DNA from: a virus
Lineage: Duplodnaviria; Heunggongvirae; Uroviricota; Caudoviricetes
Direction: 5' to 3' (one strand)
Virus record (IMG/VR): IMGVR_UViG_3300031087_000527
Span: 145,384 to 209,383 of that record
Length of the DNA: 64,000 bases
The notes beneath the pieces are model-generated. The model did not search any database. It was not told where the DNA came from and was given only the letters and a program-made list of their open reading frames with translations. Of this stretch, positions 1 through 8,401 are shown in pieces (positions within the stretch are counted from its first letter, which is position 1; each line of letters starts with the position of its first letter). The position numbers were made by a program, and so were the translations under genes.

Positions 1-747
1 CACTTTTTCTTTTCTTTCTAAAACCTGTTGGTCAGCATTTTCCTGAAGCTCTTTTCTCTCAGATTCGACCTTGTTCTCATAAGAAATCTTATAATAGATA
101 TGACCGTGAGACAGCGCCACGGTAACATTATTTATTCTTTTATCTTTGATGTAATCATTGTCCCGGAAAAATACATATTCCATCTTTTTCCAGATATTAA
201 TACCCAAACGGTCTTTTTTCTTCAGGGAAAACTTGCTTACCTCAAGCGGAACCGAATAGTTAAACACCTTACTTAACTTTTTGGTTTTAGGTGTTTCTGG
301 TTTTCCTGTAAACTTGCTGGGATTAGCATAGTATTTGCCGAGGTTTTTAAAGCTGTTTTTCCAGTCCTTACCTAAGCGCGTTACAATCTGAGAAATATTT
401 TTGTCATTAAGCTGCTGCCCTTCGGACAGCAACTGCTGATAGATCTCATTATGGTTTTCGATCAGGAAGGCTTTACATTTCAGAATAGATCCTTGAGTTT
501 TCTCGCCGCCGCTGTTGTCGGAGATAACTGCCTTCATGATGATACTGTTGGTGAGAAGGTTGAAGAAAGAGAAGTCTCTTTTTTCTTTAGGTAAGGCAAA
601 GATGCTTTCAGCCTCTTTGCCAAGGATAATGTTCAACATATTTTCGAGGTGCTTGTATCGCAGAACAGCTTTTTTCATTATGGCAACAAACTTCATATTT
701 TTTTCATGAAGTGAAAACGTTTTGAGTTGTTTTGTTTTTTCTGCCAT
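1..747 (-). CDS. TnpB-like (IS200/IS605 OrfB family) protein, N-terminal about 249 aa; the gene runs off the window start
   Basis: Minus-strand ATG at 747..745 preceded by AAAGGAGGG SD. Open frame to position 1 with no stop. The segment ...KVFNYSVPLEVSKFSLKKKDRLGINIWKK...KRINNVTVALSHGHIYYKISYE matches the pre-RuvC WED/bridge signature of TnpB (lpkiG...v.r..dg.wy.s), as in the 486-aa TnpB at 29917. The RuvC motifs would lie beyond the window. Confidence 0.55.
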   Translation of the reverse strand, partial: MAEKTKQLKTFSLHEKNMKFVAIMKKAVLRYKHLENMLNIILGKEAESIFALPKEKRDFSFFNLLTNSIIMKAVISDNSGGEKTQGSILKCKAFLIENHNEIYQQLLSEGQQLNDKNISQIVTRLGKDWKNSFKNLGKYYANPSKFTGKPETPKTKKLSKVFNYSVPLEVSKFSLKKKDRLGINIWKKMEYVFFRDNDYIKDKRINNVTVALSHGHIYYKISYENKVESERKELQENADQQVLERKEKV

Positions 748-921
748 AATGCCCTCCTTTTAGCTTTAACAATATTCTATAATTTAATAGCAATCAAATA
801 TTTGTTATGTTATTATAAGGCAGATGATCAGGCTTGTTCAGATTTTTAGTATACTGTTAAATACGCCAAGTCGTTAAAAGAGGCAACATCTTTTTATTAA
901 CTATCAACTTGGGGTATTATT

Positions 922-1521
922 ATGTCAAAAAACTATTCTTACTTCTGTTTATTTATCAGTAAAGCTGATGATGCTTTCTCTTTAGTTTCTCGCTCCTATG
1001 ACATTCTTTCTGCCAAAAAAGACACCCTTAAAGACGTAGGTTATAATGGTTCATCTGTTCGTTTGATTGAAAATGGGTCAACGGCATCAATTATTGACGC
1101 TATGATAGGTGAACGTGAAGCACTGCGTATAAATCACATAGGTAATCTCTATGAGCTGGATATCTATGGGGCGATTATGTCTGATCAGTTTAAGCCGTTC
1201 GATGCATGGACCGCTTTTCTTAGTGAGAAAGGTTTATTGCGTCAATGGATAGCGGGTGAGCTAAAAGCAGTTCAGGCTCAAAGTTATCGGGAGAGGTCGA
1301 AGGAGTTTGGCTACAGGTGTAAATACATTGAGGATGAATACTGTTTGGATAATCATAAAAAGATATGGAGTGGCTTAACGTATTTTGAAGGTCATGAGTA
1401 TGACAGGCATGGTGATTATTCCAAGTTTTATTATAAGCAACAAACACGATTTGTTTCTGTAGGTGCGTTCCTGTTAAATCAGTCATGGCGGAACCATGTT
1501 AACTGTAATATAGGCTTGTAA
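922..1521 (+). CDS. hypothetical protein (199 aa)
   Basis: Long ORF with ATG after GGGGT. No recognisable motif. Confidence 0.55.
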   Translation: MSKNYSYFCLFISKADDAFSLVSRSYDILSAKKDTLKDVGYNGSSVRLIENGSTASIIDAMIGEREALRINHIGNLYELDIYGAIMSDQFKPFDAWTAFLSEKGLLRQWIAGELKAVQAQSYRERSKEFGYRCKYIEDEYCLDNHKKIWSGLTYFEGHEYDRHGDYSKFYYKQQTRFVSVGAFLLNQSWRNHVNCNIGL

Positions 1522-1578
1522 GTTGTCTTTATTTCTTGTATTGCTCTGAGCAAAAAGGTATAATGTGCTCTAACTTTA

Positions 1579-1986
1579 ATGAAAGAGAAATTTATGTATA
1601 CTCAAAACGCAGAGCAGCTTGAAAAAAGTTTCAAGAAAGTCCTAGAAAAGCACGGTCTGAAAATAATGACAGGCCTTAATGTTGGTCATCTGCCTCTTGA
1701 GGATGGTATTCCTTATTTTGAGGTTTATAGATCTGAAGAGATTCGCCTAAGCGAAGGTCGTGAAATCGTTCAGGAAATGGCAAATGAAATGGATATTCAG
1801 ATGTTTTTCGCATCAGTTGAGAACTCTGATTATGACTGCTGTCTTAAAGGCTATATGGATTTGGACTTTGAGGATTTCAGTAAATATCCGGGAAGTTCTG
1901 TATCGGCGCTGTCTGATAGTCGTGATATTGTAGAATATATTGAAGAAGATCAATGTATTGGTAAAATGATTCGTCCTAATGCTTGA
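1579..1986 (+). CDS. hypothetical protein (135 aa; alternative start 1594)
   Basis: ORF downstream of a TATAAT box at about 1556. AAGAGAAA SD before the second ATG. Acidic protein. Confidence 0.6.
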   Translation: MKEKFMYTQNAEQLEKSFKKVLEKHGLKIMTGLNVGHLPLEDGIPYFEVYRSEEIRLSEGREIVQEMANEMDIQMFFASVENSDYDCCLKGYMDLDFEDFSKYPGSSVSALSDSRDIVEYIEEDQCIGKMIRPNA

Positions 1987-2065
1987 ATGTCATTTTGGTC
2001 TTTGATATGATGGTTTCGTTGAATCATCCTATGGCGGCAAGTTAATGTTAACATAGGAGATATTC

Positions 2066-2248
2066 ATGAACGAGTTAAATATGTTTGTTATGGATTTGGG
2101 TCATTTTGGTGTAATCATGGTTGTTGAGAAGGATGAGGTTGCTGCAAGGAAGTTAATGGAGCAGTATTATAACTATGATCCTGCAGAGGAAGTGGAAATG
2201 TTAGAGATAACGCAAGGTCTGGTTGTTTCCAACTATGGTGATTCGTAG
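2066..2248 (+). CDS. hypothetical small protein (60 aa)
   Basis: AGGAGA SD 7 nt upstream of the ATG. Confidence 0.55.
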   Translation: MNELNMFVMDLGHFGVIMVVEKDEVAARKLMEQYYNYDPAEEVEMLEITQGLVVSNYGDS

Positions 2249-2341
2249 TGTTATGACACCAGTCTTCGGGCTGGTGTTGTAAATTATAAAGTAAAAGCAT
2301 CGCTGTTGTTTTCAACTAATGAGACACATAAGGAGTAAGTT

Positions 2342-2632
2342 ATGGTAAAAGTTGATGGTAAAGAGTTCTTGCTTGAGTGGGCGCAAAAATATATTGAGCC
2401 AGCAAAGCGTTTGGTCGAAAATAATCCTGATGATGTTTCAGCTTTGGCATCCTTACGTCTTTACGAGATTGCGCTAGCTTCAATTAACCTGATGAGTAAG
2501 CCTGTTTTTCAGGAGCGCCGCTATCAGTTTATTGGCAAAAAGGAACTTGAGTATTGGGCGGATGTGGATCGTGGTGTATATTTGAACGTGCCTGAAAGTG
2601 AGAGACGTATTATTTATGTTCAGGAAAAGTAA
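2342..2632 (+). CDS. hypothetical protein (96 aa)
   Basis: AAGGAG SD. The ORF ends just before the tRNA promoter. Confidence 0.65.
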   Translation: MVKVDGKEFLLEWAQKYIEPAKRLVENNPDDVSALASLRLYEIALASINLMSKPVFQERRYQFIGKKELEYWADVDRGVYLNVPESERRIIYVQEK

Positions 2633-2642
2633 GAAATAAAAA

Positions 2643-2683
2643 GTAAAAAAAGAGTTGTACTTAAGAAAGAAGTTAGGTATACT
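2643..2683 (+). promoter_or_regulatory. sigma70-like promoter: A-tract, GAGTTGTACT (-35) and TATACT (-10), 17-nt spacer
   Basis: AAGTAAAAAAAGAGTTGTACTTAAG...TATACT, 9 nt upstream of tRNA-like gene 2693. The same motif occurs upstream of four other tRNA genes. Confidence 0.6.
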
Positions 2684-2692
2684 CTTTTTACT

Positions 2693-2774
2693 GCATAAGT
2701 AGCTCAGTTGGTAGAGCGGATACATGGTTTGACCATGAAATTGTGTAAAGGTTCGAGTCCTTTCTTATGCACCA
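2693..2774 (+). tRNA. tRNA-like gene with atypical anticodon arm (possibly Gln-like, loop GTTTGAC/TTG); may be a pseudo-tRNA
   Basis: Perfect acceptor stem GCATAAG/CTTATGC plus ACCA. Canonical D arm GCTC-AGTTGGTA-GAGC and T arm AAAGG-TTCGAGT-CCTTT. There are 29 nt between the D and T arms and only a CATG/CATG stem, so no canonical 5-bp/7-nt anticodon arm. Confidence 0.45.
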
Positions 2775-2775
2775 C

Positions 2776-2912
2776 ACGCGTAGTTCAATAGTAGAACGTC
2801 ACCTGACTATGAAGGGGAAACGCCCCGCAAAACACGTCAGGTTGGAAAAAGGCTGTATACGGCTGAGTATCTGTAAAGTAGGCTGCGGGAGCAAGACCCG
2901 TCGCGTGAACCA
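2776..2912 (+). ncRNA. 137-nt tRNA-ended structured RNA, reminiscent of the stable small RNAs embedded in T4 tRNA clusters
   Basis: 5' ACACGCG-TA-GTTC-AATAGTA-GAAC (acceptor plus D arm). 3' GCGGG-AGCAAGA-CCCGT (T-arm-like) then CGCGTGA-A-CCA, which pairs with the 5' end (6 of 7). Internal 7-bp stem ACCTGAC/GTCAGGT encloses a 28-nt loop with the hairpin GGGGaaacgCCCC. No ORF. Confidence 0.4.
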
Positions 2913-2952
2913 ATAAAAAATGGTTGTACTTCAGGTTTGAATAGGGTATGAT
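2913..2952 (+). promoter_or_regulatory. sigma70-like promoter (A-tract, GGTTGTACT -35, TATGAT -10) for tRNA-Phe
   Basis: AATAAAAAATGGTTGTACT, 17 nt, then TATGAT, ending 9 nt before tRNA G1 at 2962. Confidence 0.6.
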
Positions 2953-2961
2953 TGTTTTAAT

Positions 2962-3037
2962 GCATTTGTAGCTCAGTTGGTAGAGCACTGGATTGAAAAT
3001 CCGGGTGTCGCAGGTTCAAGTCCTGCTGAATGCACCA
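2962..3037 (+). tRNA. tRNA-Phe (anticodon GAA)
   Basis: Acceptor GCATTTG/TGAATGC. D arm GCTC-AGTTGGTA-GAGC. Anticodon stem CTGGA/TCCGG with loop TTGAAAA. T arm GCAGG-TTCAAGT-CCTGC. Encoded CCA. Confidence 0.85.
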
Positions 3038-3272
3038 ACCGCTTCTCGGTTCGACTCCGAGTAAGACGCAAAAGAAAATTGGCGAAAATTGTACATAAGT
3101 AACCAATGAGTATGGATTGGATTTGCTGAAAAGCAAGCGTTAAAGTCAAGTAGAGGCATCTACTATAATCGGTGGGAGTAATCCCGTGATTTGTCGCCCG
3201 GCGGCGATGTTGACGGATAGGGTTCGAGTCCCTGCAGCGGTGCTAATTTAATAAGCAAAGAGGCGAATAAAA

Positions 3273-3461
3273 ATGGCAAAATATAGTGTTCCTGTTTTTA
3301 TTATTATTCTGGCTTTGCTGATGTGTGTAGTTATGAGGCAAGAGCCTCTGTCTCAAAATGAAATCTCAGAGTATCATGGTCGTTGTATCAAGCATGGCGG
3401 AGAGCCAACGGATACACTGAGAGAAAACGGTAATGGCATTATTCAGGTTATTTGCCGTTAA
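3273..3461 (+). CDS. small membrane protein (62 aa, N-terminal TM helix)
   Basis: AAGAGGCGAA SD. Hydrophobic N-terminus VPVFIIILALLMCVV. TATAAT at about 3160 upstream. Confidence 0.55.
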   Translation: MAKYSVPVFIIILALLMCVVMRQEPLSQNEISEYHGRCIKHGGEPTDTLRENGNGIIQVICR

Positions 3462-3509
3462 CAGTTTGTAAGCTGTTAAATGAAAAATACAGCCTCAATG
3501 CTGTAATAT

Positions 3510-3585
3510 GGGAGTCAACTCTGGTTTGACAGCTCTGTTTGTAACTCAAGCATCTGGATCGGTTCGAATCCGATAACTTCCACCA
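3510..3585 (+). tRNA. tRNA-like gene, anticodon arm non-canonical (loop GTAACTC); identity undetermined
   Basis: Acceptor GGGAGTC/AACTTCC (6 of 7). T arm ATCGG-TTCGAAT-CCGAT. Encoded A-CCA. The D stem has only 3 bp and the anticodon stem TGTTT/AAGCA carries a G-T wobble. Confidence 0.4.
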
Positions 3586-3653
3586 AGCCTGTTAAATAGT
3601 GCTCTCAGCCTTCGGGAGAAGAGTTCCAGATGAGCGGGAACTAGCAGGCTACT

Positions 3654-3730
3654 GTTTAGTTGAGATTAGTGGTATATCGGGTAGGATCGCATTTCTATCG
3701 ACACTGGTTCGAATCCAGTACTGAACACCA
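3654..3730 (+). tRNA. tRNA-like gene, 77 nt, with no canonical anticodon stem
   Basis: Acceptor GTTTAGT/ACTGAAC (G-T wobble). T arm ACTGG-TTCGAAT-CCAGT. Encoded A-CCA. D-loop TAGTGGTAT. No 5-bp/7-nt anticodon arm can be drawn in ...GGTAGGATCGCATTTCTATCGAC. Confidence 0.4.
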
Positions 3731-3906
3731 AGAATGCCAGTTATTATCTGCAGGTAATACTGGAAGTCTGCGGCGTATTCTGGAGTTTGGCTTGGCGAGC
3801 TAAACTGAGGTCACTGCTACTGATATTATGGTAGACACACTCTCCACGCAGCTAGCCTGTTCCGGTCGTTGTAAAGCGGCCAGGATGTGGCGAAAATTGC
3901 CATTAT

Positions 3907-3994
3907 GTCTTGATGGTGGAATAGGTAGACACGCTGGTTTAAGATGCCAGTGCCTGTAATGGGCGTGAGGGTTCAAATCCCTCTTGAGACACCA
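3907..3994 (+). tRNA. tRNA-Leu (type II, long variable arm; anticodon loop TTAAGAT gives AAG, though TAA is possible)
   Basis: Acceptor GTCTTGA/TTGAGAC. D arm GTG-GAATAGGTAGA-CAC. Anticodon stem CTGGT/GCCAG. 16-nt variable hairpin. T arm GAGGG-TTCAAAT-CCCTC. A-CCA. Confidence 0.75.
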
Positions 3995-4054
3995 AAGTAG
4001 TATTTTTTCATATGAATGAATCCCATTAAAATTCAATTCTATGAGGAAAATATT

Positions 4055-4267
4055 ATGCGTTTATTAGATATAGTTCAGCCATTCCTTTCCGAAGATGCTG
4101 ATCTGGAAAGTGTTTTAAGTGATATCGATGTTAGGTTGCGTTTTGAATCAGAAATGACACATGGTTATGGTTCTTTCACTGATCGAATATTAACGGCAAC
4201 ACTTGAGGTGCGTTATCAAGGTGATGTGATCCATACACAAGAAGAATACGATATAAGCAGTAGTTAA
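4055..4267 (+). CDS. hypothetical protein (70 aa; the ORF extends upstream to 4016)
   Basis: GAGGAAAA SD before the internal ATG at 4055. Terminator hairpin follows. Confidence 0.5.
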   Translation: MRLLDIVQPFLSEDADLESVLSDIDVRLRFESEMTHGYGSFTDRILTATLEVRYQGDVIHTQEEYDISSS

Positions 4268-4271
4268 AAAT

Positions 4272-4298
4272 GAGAGTGCCTCCGGGCGCTCTTTTTTT
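4272..4298 (+). terminator. rho-independent terminator
   Basis: GAGTGCCTCCGGGCGCTC hairpin followed by TTTTTTT. Confidence 0.6.
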
Positions 4299-4376
4299 AT
4301 GTTTAGAATAATGATTTCCTTGTACGTGGTATGCGGGATGTGATAAAATAAATGCAATATTAACTGAGGAAAAGAA

Positions 4377-4793
4377 ATGACAAATAAAGAGATTTACGCG
4401 GAAGTAACAGCCTATAACGATATTCTCGTGGTGGAATATAAAACGGAAGACAGTAATGATATGGTTACCAGTCCTTACGATAAGCCCGGCAATCTTGGCT
4501 ACGTTATTGGCGATACTGGTCATGTGGCTATCTCTGAAGAAGCCTATGCGCTGCTGAGCGTGATTAAGCGCTCTGGTGATGCGATTGGTGATATTGATAT
4601 CTTTAAGCTGGATAAAGGTGGCTATGCGTTCTCTACGCTGGGTGGTATGTGTTCACTTATAGATCCAAGAATAGCAGAAGGAAGCAGAACCTATGTTGTT
4701 CCTCCACTGTCTTGCTTCCAAGTAATTGAAAACAATGTGCCAGAAGGGGCAAAAGAAGCTATCGATTCTCCTGATGATGACGAAAATGAGTAA
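4377..4793 (+). CDS. hypothetical protein with acidic C-terminal tail (138 aa)
   Basis: GAGGAAAAGAA SD. Ends ...DSPDDDENE. Followed by the hairpin AGGCAC...GTGCCT plus T-run (4815..4846). Confidence 0.7.
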   Translation: MTNKEIYAEVTAYNDILVVEYKTEDSNDMVTSPYDKPGNLGYVIGDTGHVAISEEAYALLSVIKRSGDAIGDIDIFKLDKGGYAFSTLGGMCSLIDPRIAEGSRTYVVPPLSCFQVIENNVPEGAKEAIDSPDDDENE

Positions 4794-4935
4794 TAAAACA
4801 TAAAATATCACCATAAAGGCACTTTAAAAGGTGCCTTTTTATTTTTGTCTATGCTACAATGTTGTCATATTATCCTGAATTGCTGAGCGATGCAGAAAGT
4901 GTAAGGCTTAATCCGCTCCAATGAAAAGAGAATCG

Positions 4936-5226
4936 ATGATGAATGCTGCCCTGTCTAACGAACTGATTGATAATCTTAATAGTCAGCTTAAAGTATTGCA
5001 TTTTCGCGCCACACCAGATTACATTAACGGCCTGTTTTCTGAAGAAGGTGTTAAGAAAACCATGATGGATGCGTATAGCGCAGGTGTGTTCTGTAATGCG
5101 ATTGCTGAAAAGATTACCGGGATGAAATGGCCTTCCGATAAAGATACCAAAGAAAAAGCGGAAGTGTTCTTCACTGCTTTAATTAAGGCTGTAGATGAAG
5201 ATAAAGACTTGATCTGGATTAACTAA
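4936..5226 (+). CDS. hypothetical protein, paralogue of the 5304..5621 product
   Basis: Start chosen by alignment with its paralogue (MMNAALSNELIDNLNSQL against MSEKLPAKLIADLNNRL). Shared C-terminal motif KITGMKWP..DKDTKEKAEVFFTALI. Confidence 0.6.
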   Translation: MMNAALSNELIDNLNSQLKVLHFRATPDYINGLFSEEGVKKTMMDAYSAGVFCNAIAEKITGMKWPSDKDTKEKAEVFFTALIKAVDEDKDLIWIN

Positions 5227-5303
5227 GCATAATAATGAGTCGTTCTTATGACTGAAAGATACTTTCAGTTTAATTTTAAAAGCTACCAATAAGAGAGTAA
5301 ACA

Positions 5304-5621
5304 ATGAGCGAAAAACTGCCTGCCAAACTGATTGCTGATCTGAATAACCGTCTTGCTAAAATTGGTGTTCGTGCGACCGAAGGTTTTTTAAACACGCTTC
5401 TGGATGGAACATACGTGAAGCAAAGCATGATTGAAATCAATGGTATTGATACTGCTGAACGTGAGATGTTCCAGGAGATTCTTGCACAGAAGCTGACTGG
5501 AATGGAATGGCCTTGCAATGCGGATTCAAAGGAGAAGGAAGATAAGTTCCTCAAAGCTCTTATTGATGGCGTGAATGCTGAGGATGGGCTAAGCTGGATT
5601 GATGAAGAAAAAACAGTTTAA
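5304..5621 (+). CDS. hypothetical protein, paralogue of the 4936..5226 product
   Basis: AAGAGAG SD. About 40% identity to the upstream neighbour (KLTGMEWPCNADSKEKEDKFLKALI). Confidence 0.7.
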   Translation: MSEKLPAKLIADLNNRLAKIGVRATEGFLNTLLDGTYVKQSMIEINGIDTAEREMFQEILAQKLTGMEWPCNADSKEKEDKFLKALIDGVNAEDGLSWIDEEKTV

Positions 5622-5682
5622 AAGTGTTGTGCATGAAAGGCTATTGAAGTAAAATAGCCTTCTACTCTACTACTGGATATCT

Positions 5683-6489
5683 ATGATGAAAATCGAAAAG
5701 CAAGTTGAGCTATTCTTTGTTGATCCTGCTGTGTTAAAACAGAGCAAAACGGTTATTATAGGCCATTTTACTTCGGCGCTGTCTATTCCTGATTGTGCGA
5801 AAGGATTTTTAACGATTACTGGAAACAGTGATGATAGCATCAAAAGCATTCATTTTTCCGAAGAGATTATTTTACCAGAATCAGATCGCTTCTACGGCGA
5901 GCCAGAACTGGCGTTTTTAAACTCACAAAGTCTGAACGATTTAATGAGAAACAATCAGCTTCGCGTTTTCAGTGATCTCTCGAATAGCAATATCATTTCA
6001 GAGGTCATGTTCCTTGAGGTCCCAGCTCTGATTGAGGGTCTGCGTTCTTATTTATTCTTTGGCTTTGCGGATGTGAATAATCCTCTGGTAAAAGCGAATC
6101 CATCAGTAGTGTTCTATACTGAGAAAGGAGAAATCAAAACGGGTGGTGTTGCTCCTCACCGGACAGGTGATCATATCGGCTATGCGACGAGCCGCAACTA
6201 TGCGTTTGGCTTTGGTCGTAAAATGAAGATGAGCTGCACTACATCAAAATTCTATCTGGAAGGCATGGATAAGTATAAACGTATGCTTTCTGATCCGACA
6301 CAAGAGAACAATCCAAATATTCGTAAAGTCTTTGCTCATTGTATGGAAGAGTATCTTGACCACATCCGCGCCCTGAATGTGGTGCTTGAAGAGGAAGGAA
6401 AAGGCTATCGTCCTTTCTGGTTAGATGAGGAACTAAGTGCTGAGCATGATGAGCTTTTCAACCGGGCGTTTGCTGTCCATAATAGTTAA
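5683..6489 (+). CDS. hypothetical protein (268 aa)
   Basis: Long ORF. Terminator hairpin AGCATTCGCAAGAGTGCTTTTTTTT follows. Confidence 0.7.
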   Translation: MMKIEKQVELFFVDPAVLKQSKTVIIGHFTSALSIPDCAKGFLTITGNSDDSIKSIHFSEEIILPESDRFYGEPELAFLNSQSLNDLMRNNQLRVFSDLSNSNIISEVMFLEVPALIEGLRSYLFFGFADVNNPLVKANPSVVFYTEKGEIKTGGVAPHRTGDHIGYATSRNYAFGFGRKMKMSCTTSKFYLEGMDKYKRMLSDPTQENNPNIRKVFAHCMEEYLDHIRALNVVLEEEGKGYRPFWLDEELSAEHDELFNRAFAVHNS

Positions 6490-6589
6490 GATGTGAGTTA
6501 AAAAAGAAGCATTCGCAAGAGTGCTTTTTTTTGTTTTTGTGGTTTTTGCAGGTTATAATGAAAACTTATTATTGGATAAGGATTTTATT

Positions 6590-6967
6590 ATGGTTGATTC
6601 TTGTTGTGAAAAAAATTACGGTCATTATATTATTGAAGAAGGCGATCTCTCCAGAGAAGCGTTAGATAAAATCTTTGGAGAAGATAACTACGAGTTAACT
6701 ATCGAAAAAAAATTTCAGAACTATAAAGAGACTGTGGATAAATGGTTCGGTGAAGGTTTTGAATATTTAAGAAAAACACCAAATGGAATTCTGGTGAGAC
6801 AGGTTGTAATGCGGCAAGGTGAGGTTTTAATGGTGGATATAAAACATTTTCAAAGAGAGATTTTTGAAAGAAAGTATATCTATACTTACAAAGTTAAAAC
6901 TCAGGATAAAGAAATTACACTTTGCGATTGCGATTGTCATGTTATAGGCTGTAATATGGATCACTAA
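6590..6967 (+). CDS. Cys-motif small protein (C-terminal CDCDCHVIGCN), first of three tandem paralogues
   Basis: AAGGA SD before the internal ATG. The upstream part of the track ORF overlaps a terminator and a TATAAT promoter. Shares EEGLDKIFG..NY and CxCxCHxxG motifs with the next two ORFs. Confidence 0.65.
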   Translation: MVDSCCEKNYGHYIIEEGDLSREALDKIFGEDNYELTIEKKFQNYKETVDKWFGEGFEYLRKTPNGILVRQVVMRQGEVLMVDIKHFQREIFERKYIYTYKVKTQDKEITLCDCDCHVIGCNMDH

Positions 6968-6982
6968 GAAGAGAAAATAAGA

Positions 6983-7318
6983 ATGAGAGAATGTTGTGAT
7001 TTATCAGGTATGAAATATATAGCTGAAAATAAAGAGCTTTCTGAAGAAGGGCTGGATAAAATTTTTGGCAAAGGAAACTATCAGGCGTTAACTCAGAAGA
7101 TACCTTACTCTAAAAAAGAAACAATGGATTTCATCTTTGGTGAAGGAAAATATATTTTTGTTGATGGTGGCATCAAAACGCTACAAGGAAATGCCATTCA
7201 TTTAATCAAAGATATTGATAGAGAGTTTGATTATATCTATAAGGTGATCGTAGATAACGTTGAACATGAGCTTTGCGGTTGCGATTGTCATGTTATCGGC
7301 TTAAATGTGATTCATTAA
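6983..7318 (+). CDS. Cys-motif small protein (CGCDCHVIGLN), paralogue
   Basis: AAGAGAAAA SD. Paralogue of 6590 and 7333. Confidence 0.7.
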   Translation: MRECCDLSGMKYIAENKELSEEGLDKIFGKGNYQALTQKIPYSKKETMDFIFGEGKYIFVDGGIKTLQGNAIHLIKDIDREFDYIYKVIVDNVEHELCGCDCHVIGLNVIH

Positions 7319-7332
7319 AATAGGTGGTTATA

Positions 7333-7542
7333 ATGGTTATGCCATGCTGTAGTATGTGTTATCAAAAGTATCTCAATCAAGATGGGACATTAAATGAAGA
7401 AGGTCTTAATGCGATTTATGGTAAGAACGCCTATAAAATCATTGAGGATGCAGAAAGTAAAAAGGTCATCCAGAAAGGATTTCAAAAAATAAAGCTGTGC
7501 TCCTGTATTTGTCATACAGTGGGTATGAATGTGATGCATTAA
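7333..7542 (+). CDS. Cys-motif small protein (CSCICHTVGMN), shortest paralogue
   Basis: AGGTGG SD. ATG at 7333 within the track ORF 7324. Confidence 0.55.
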   Translation: MVMPCCSMCYQKYLNQDGTLNEEGLNAIYGKNAYKIIEDAESKKVIQKGFQKIKLCSCICHTVGMNVMH

Positions 7543-7562
7543 TAAAAAGGTGCGAGAATAAT

Positions 7563-7886
7563 ATGAACGATAACGATGATTTGATTTCTGAAAAATATCT
7601 TGAAGCAGCTAAGAAAACCCTGACCGATGAAGAGGCGCTTGCTTTTGCGAAAAAGTTTAATATGACAAACTTTTCGCTCAATCCCAAAAATCTTAAGATT
7701 CGCATAAAAGCCTCAAGTCTTTCCTGTCCATTATGCCAGGGTAAAAATATTGAAGTGTATCGAATCAAAATAAGAGGCCATTACCAGGGAGACAGTCAGA
7801 ATATAGCACCTAAGATGAAGTGTCTGGATTGTGATGTCTGCTCTACTGTGTGGGGAGTGGCCCTTGCTGACCACTACTGTATTTAA
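7563..7886 (+). CDS. putative zinc-ribbon protein (107 aa)
   Basis: AAGGTG SD. CPLCQGK...CLDCDVC four-Cys arrangement. Confidence 0.6.
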   Translation: MNDNDDLISEKYLEAAKKTLTDEEALAFAKKFNMTNFSLNPKNLKIRIKASSLSCPLCQGKNIEVYRIKIRGHYQGDSQNIAPKMKCLDCDVCSTVWGVALADHYCI

Positions 7887-8005
7887 TACCTAAAATAACT
7901 CCTCGCCTCGGCGGGGATTTTCTATGGCTATGAAAAGGTTGTGCATGATCGTGCTTTGTTGTATAATGGCTATCTACTCTAATCAGAAAAGAAGGCGAAA
8001 GCTAA

Positions 8006-8401
8006 ATGGATATGATTGAAATCAGTGACATTAACGTTGATGTGGATGTGATTGACCGCATTAAGTTTAGAAAAGATAGCTATGTATCAGGTATGCTGTG
8101 CCGCAATGTGAGCTATCGTCATGCTGGCTTTATGTCATGGCTTGCGGTAAGAGTTATGGAGCTTTACAATAAAGCTGAAGCTAAATCGTTTGAAGTGAAT
8201 GACAATGCTATGGCCTCACGTGAGGACGCTCTCGATCTGAAAGCGCATACCAATGCGTTTATTGCTGAAATGAGAGAGTCTGGTATTCCTGCAGATGTTA
8301 TTTCGCATATGGAAAATGCATTGAATCGCGGTATTGCTATTATTGAAGCAAATCACAAAGCATGGAAAGAATCACTGACTAAAAAAGAGGCTCAGGCATG
8401 A
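8006..8401 (+). CDS. hypothetical protein (131 aa)
   Basis: SD AAGGCGAAAG. Overlaps the next gene by ATGA. Confidence 0.7.
   Translation: MDMIEISDINVDVDVIDRIKFRKDSYVSGMLCRNVSYRHAGFMSWLAVRVMELYNKAEAKSFEVNDNAMASREDALDLKAHTNAFIAEMRESGIPADVISHMENALNRGIAIIEANHKAWKESLTKKEAQA

Noticed and set aside
28-709. Plus-strand track ORFs 28..276 and 515..709
   Set aside because: They lie antisense to the SD-supported minus-strand TnpB-like gene and have no RBS.
2480-2988. Minus-strand track ORFs 2480..2725 and 2785..2988
   Set aside because: They are antisense to tRNA genes and promoters, with no RBS.
3044-3066. T-arm-like hairpin CTCGG-TTCGACT-CCGAG followed by TAAGACG, directly after tRNA-Phe
   Set aside because: Only a T arm and a 3' acceptor strand are present, with no 5' partner. 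It is a tRNA 3' fragment or terminator mimic, not a gene.
3150-3250. Possible tRNA around GGGTTCGAGTCCCTG at 3221
   Set aside because: There is a T-arm-like hairpin plus two other hairpins, one with a GNRA loop. No acceptor-stem partner or D arm could be found. It is more likely leader structure of the 3273 gene, whose TATAAT box lies at about 3160.
3731-3906. ORF-free stretch with a GGTAGACAC D-arm-like motif
   Set aside because: No T arm or acceptor pairing. Possibly a decayed tRNA. Not reportable as a feature.
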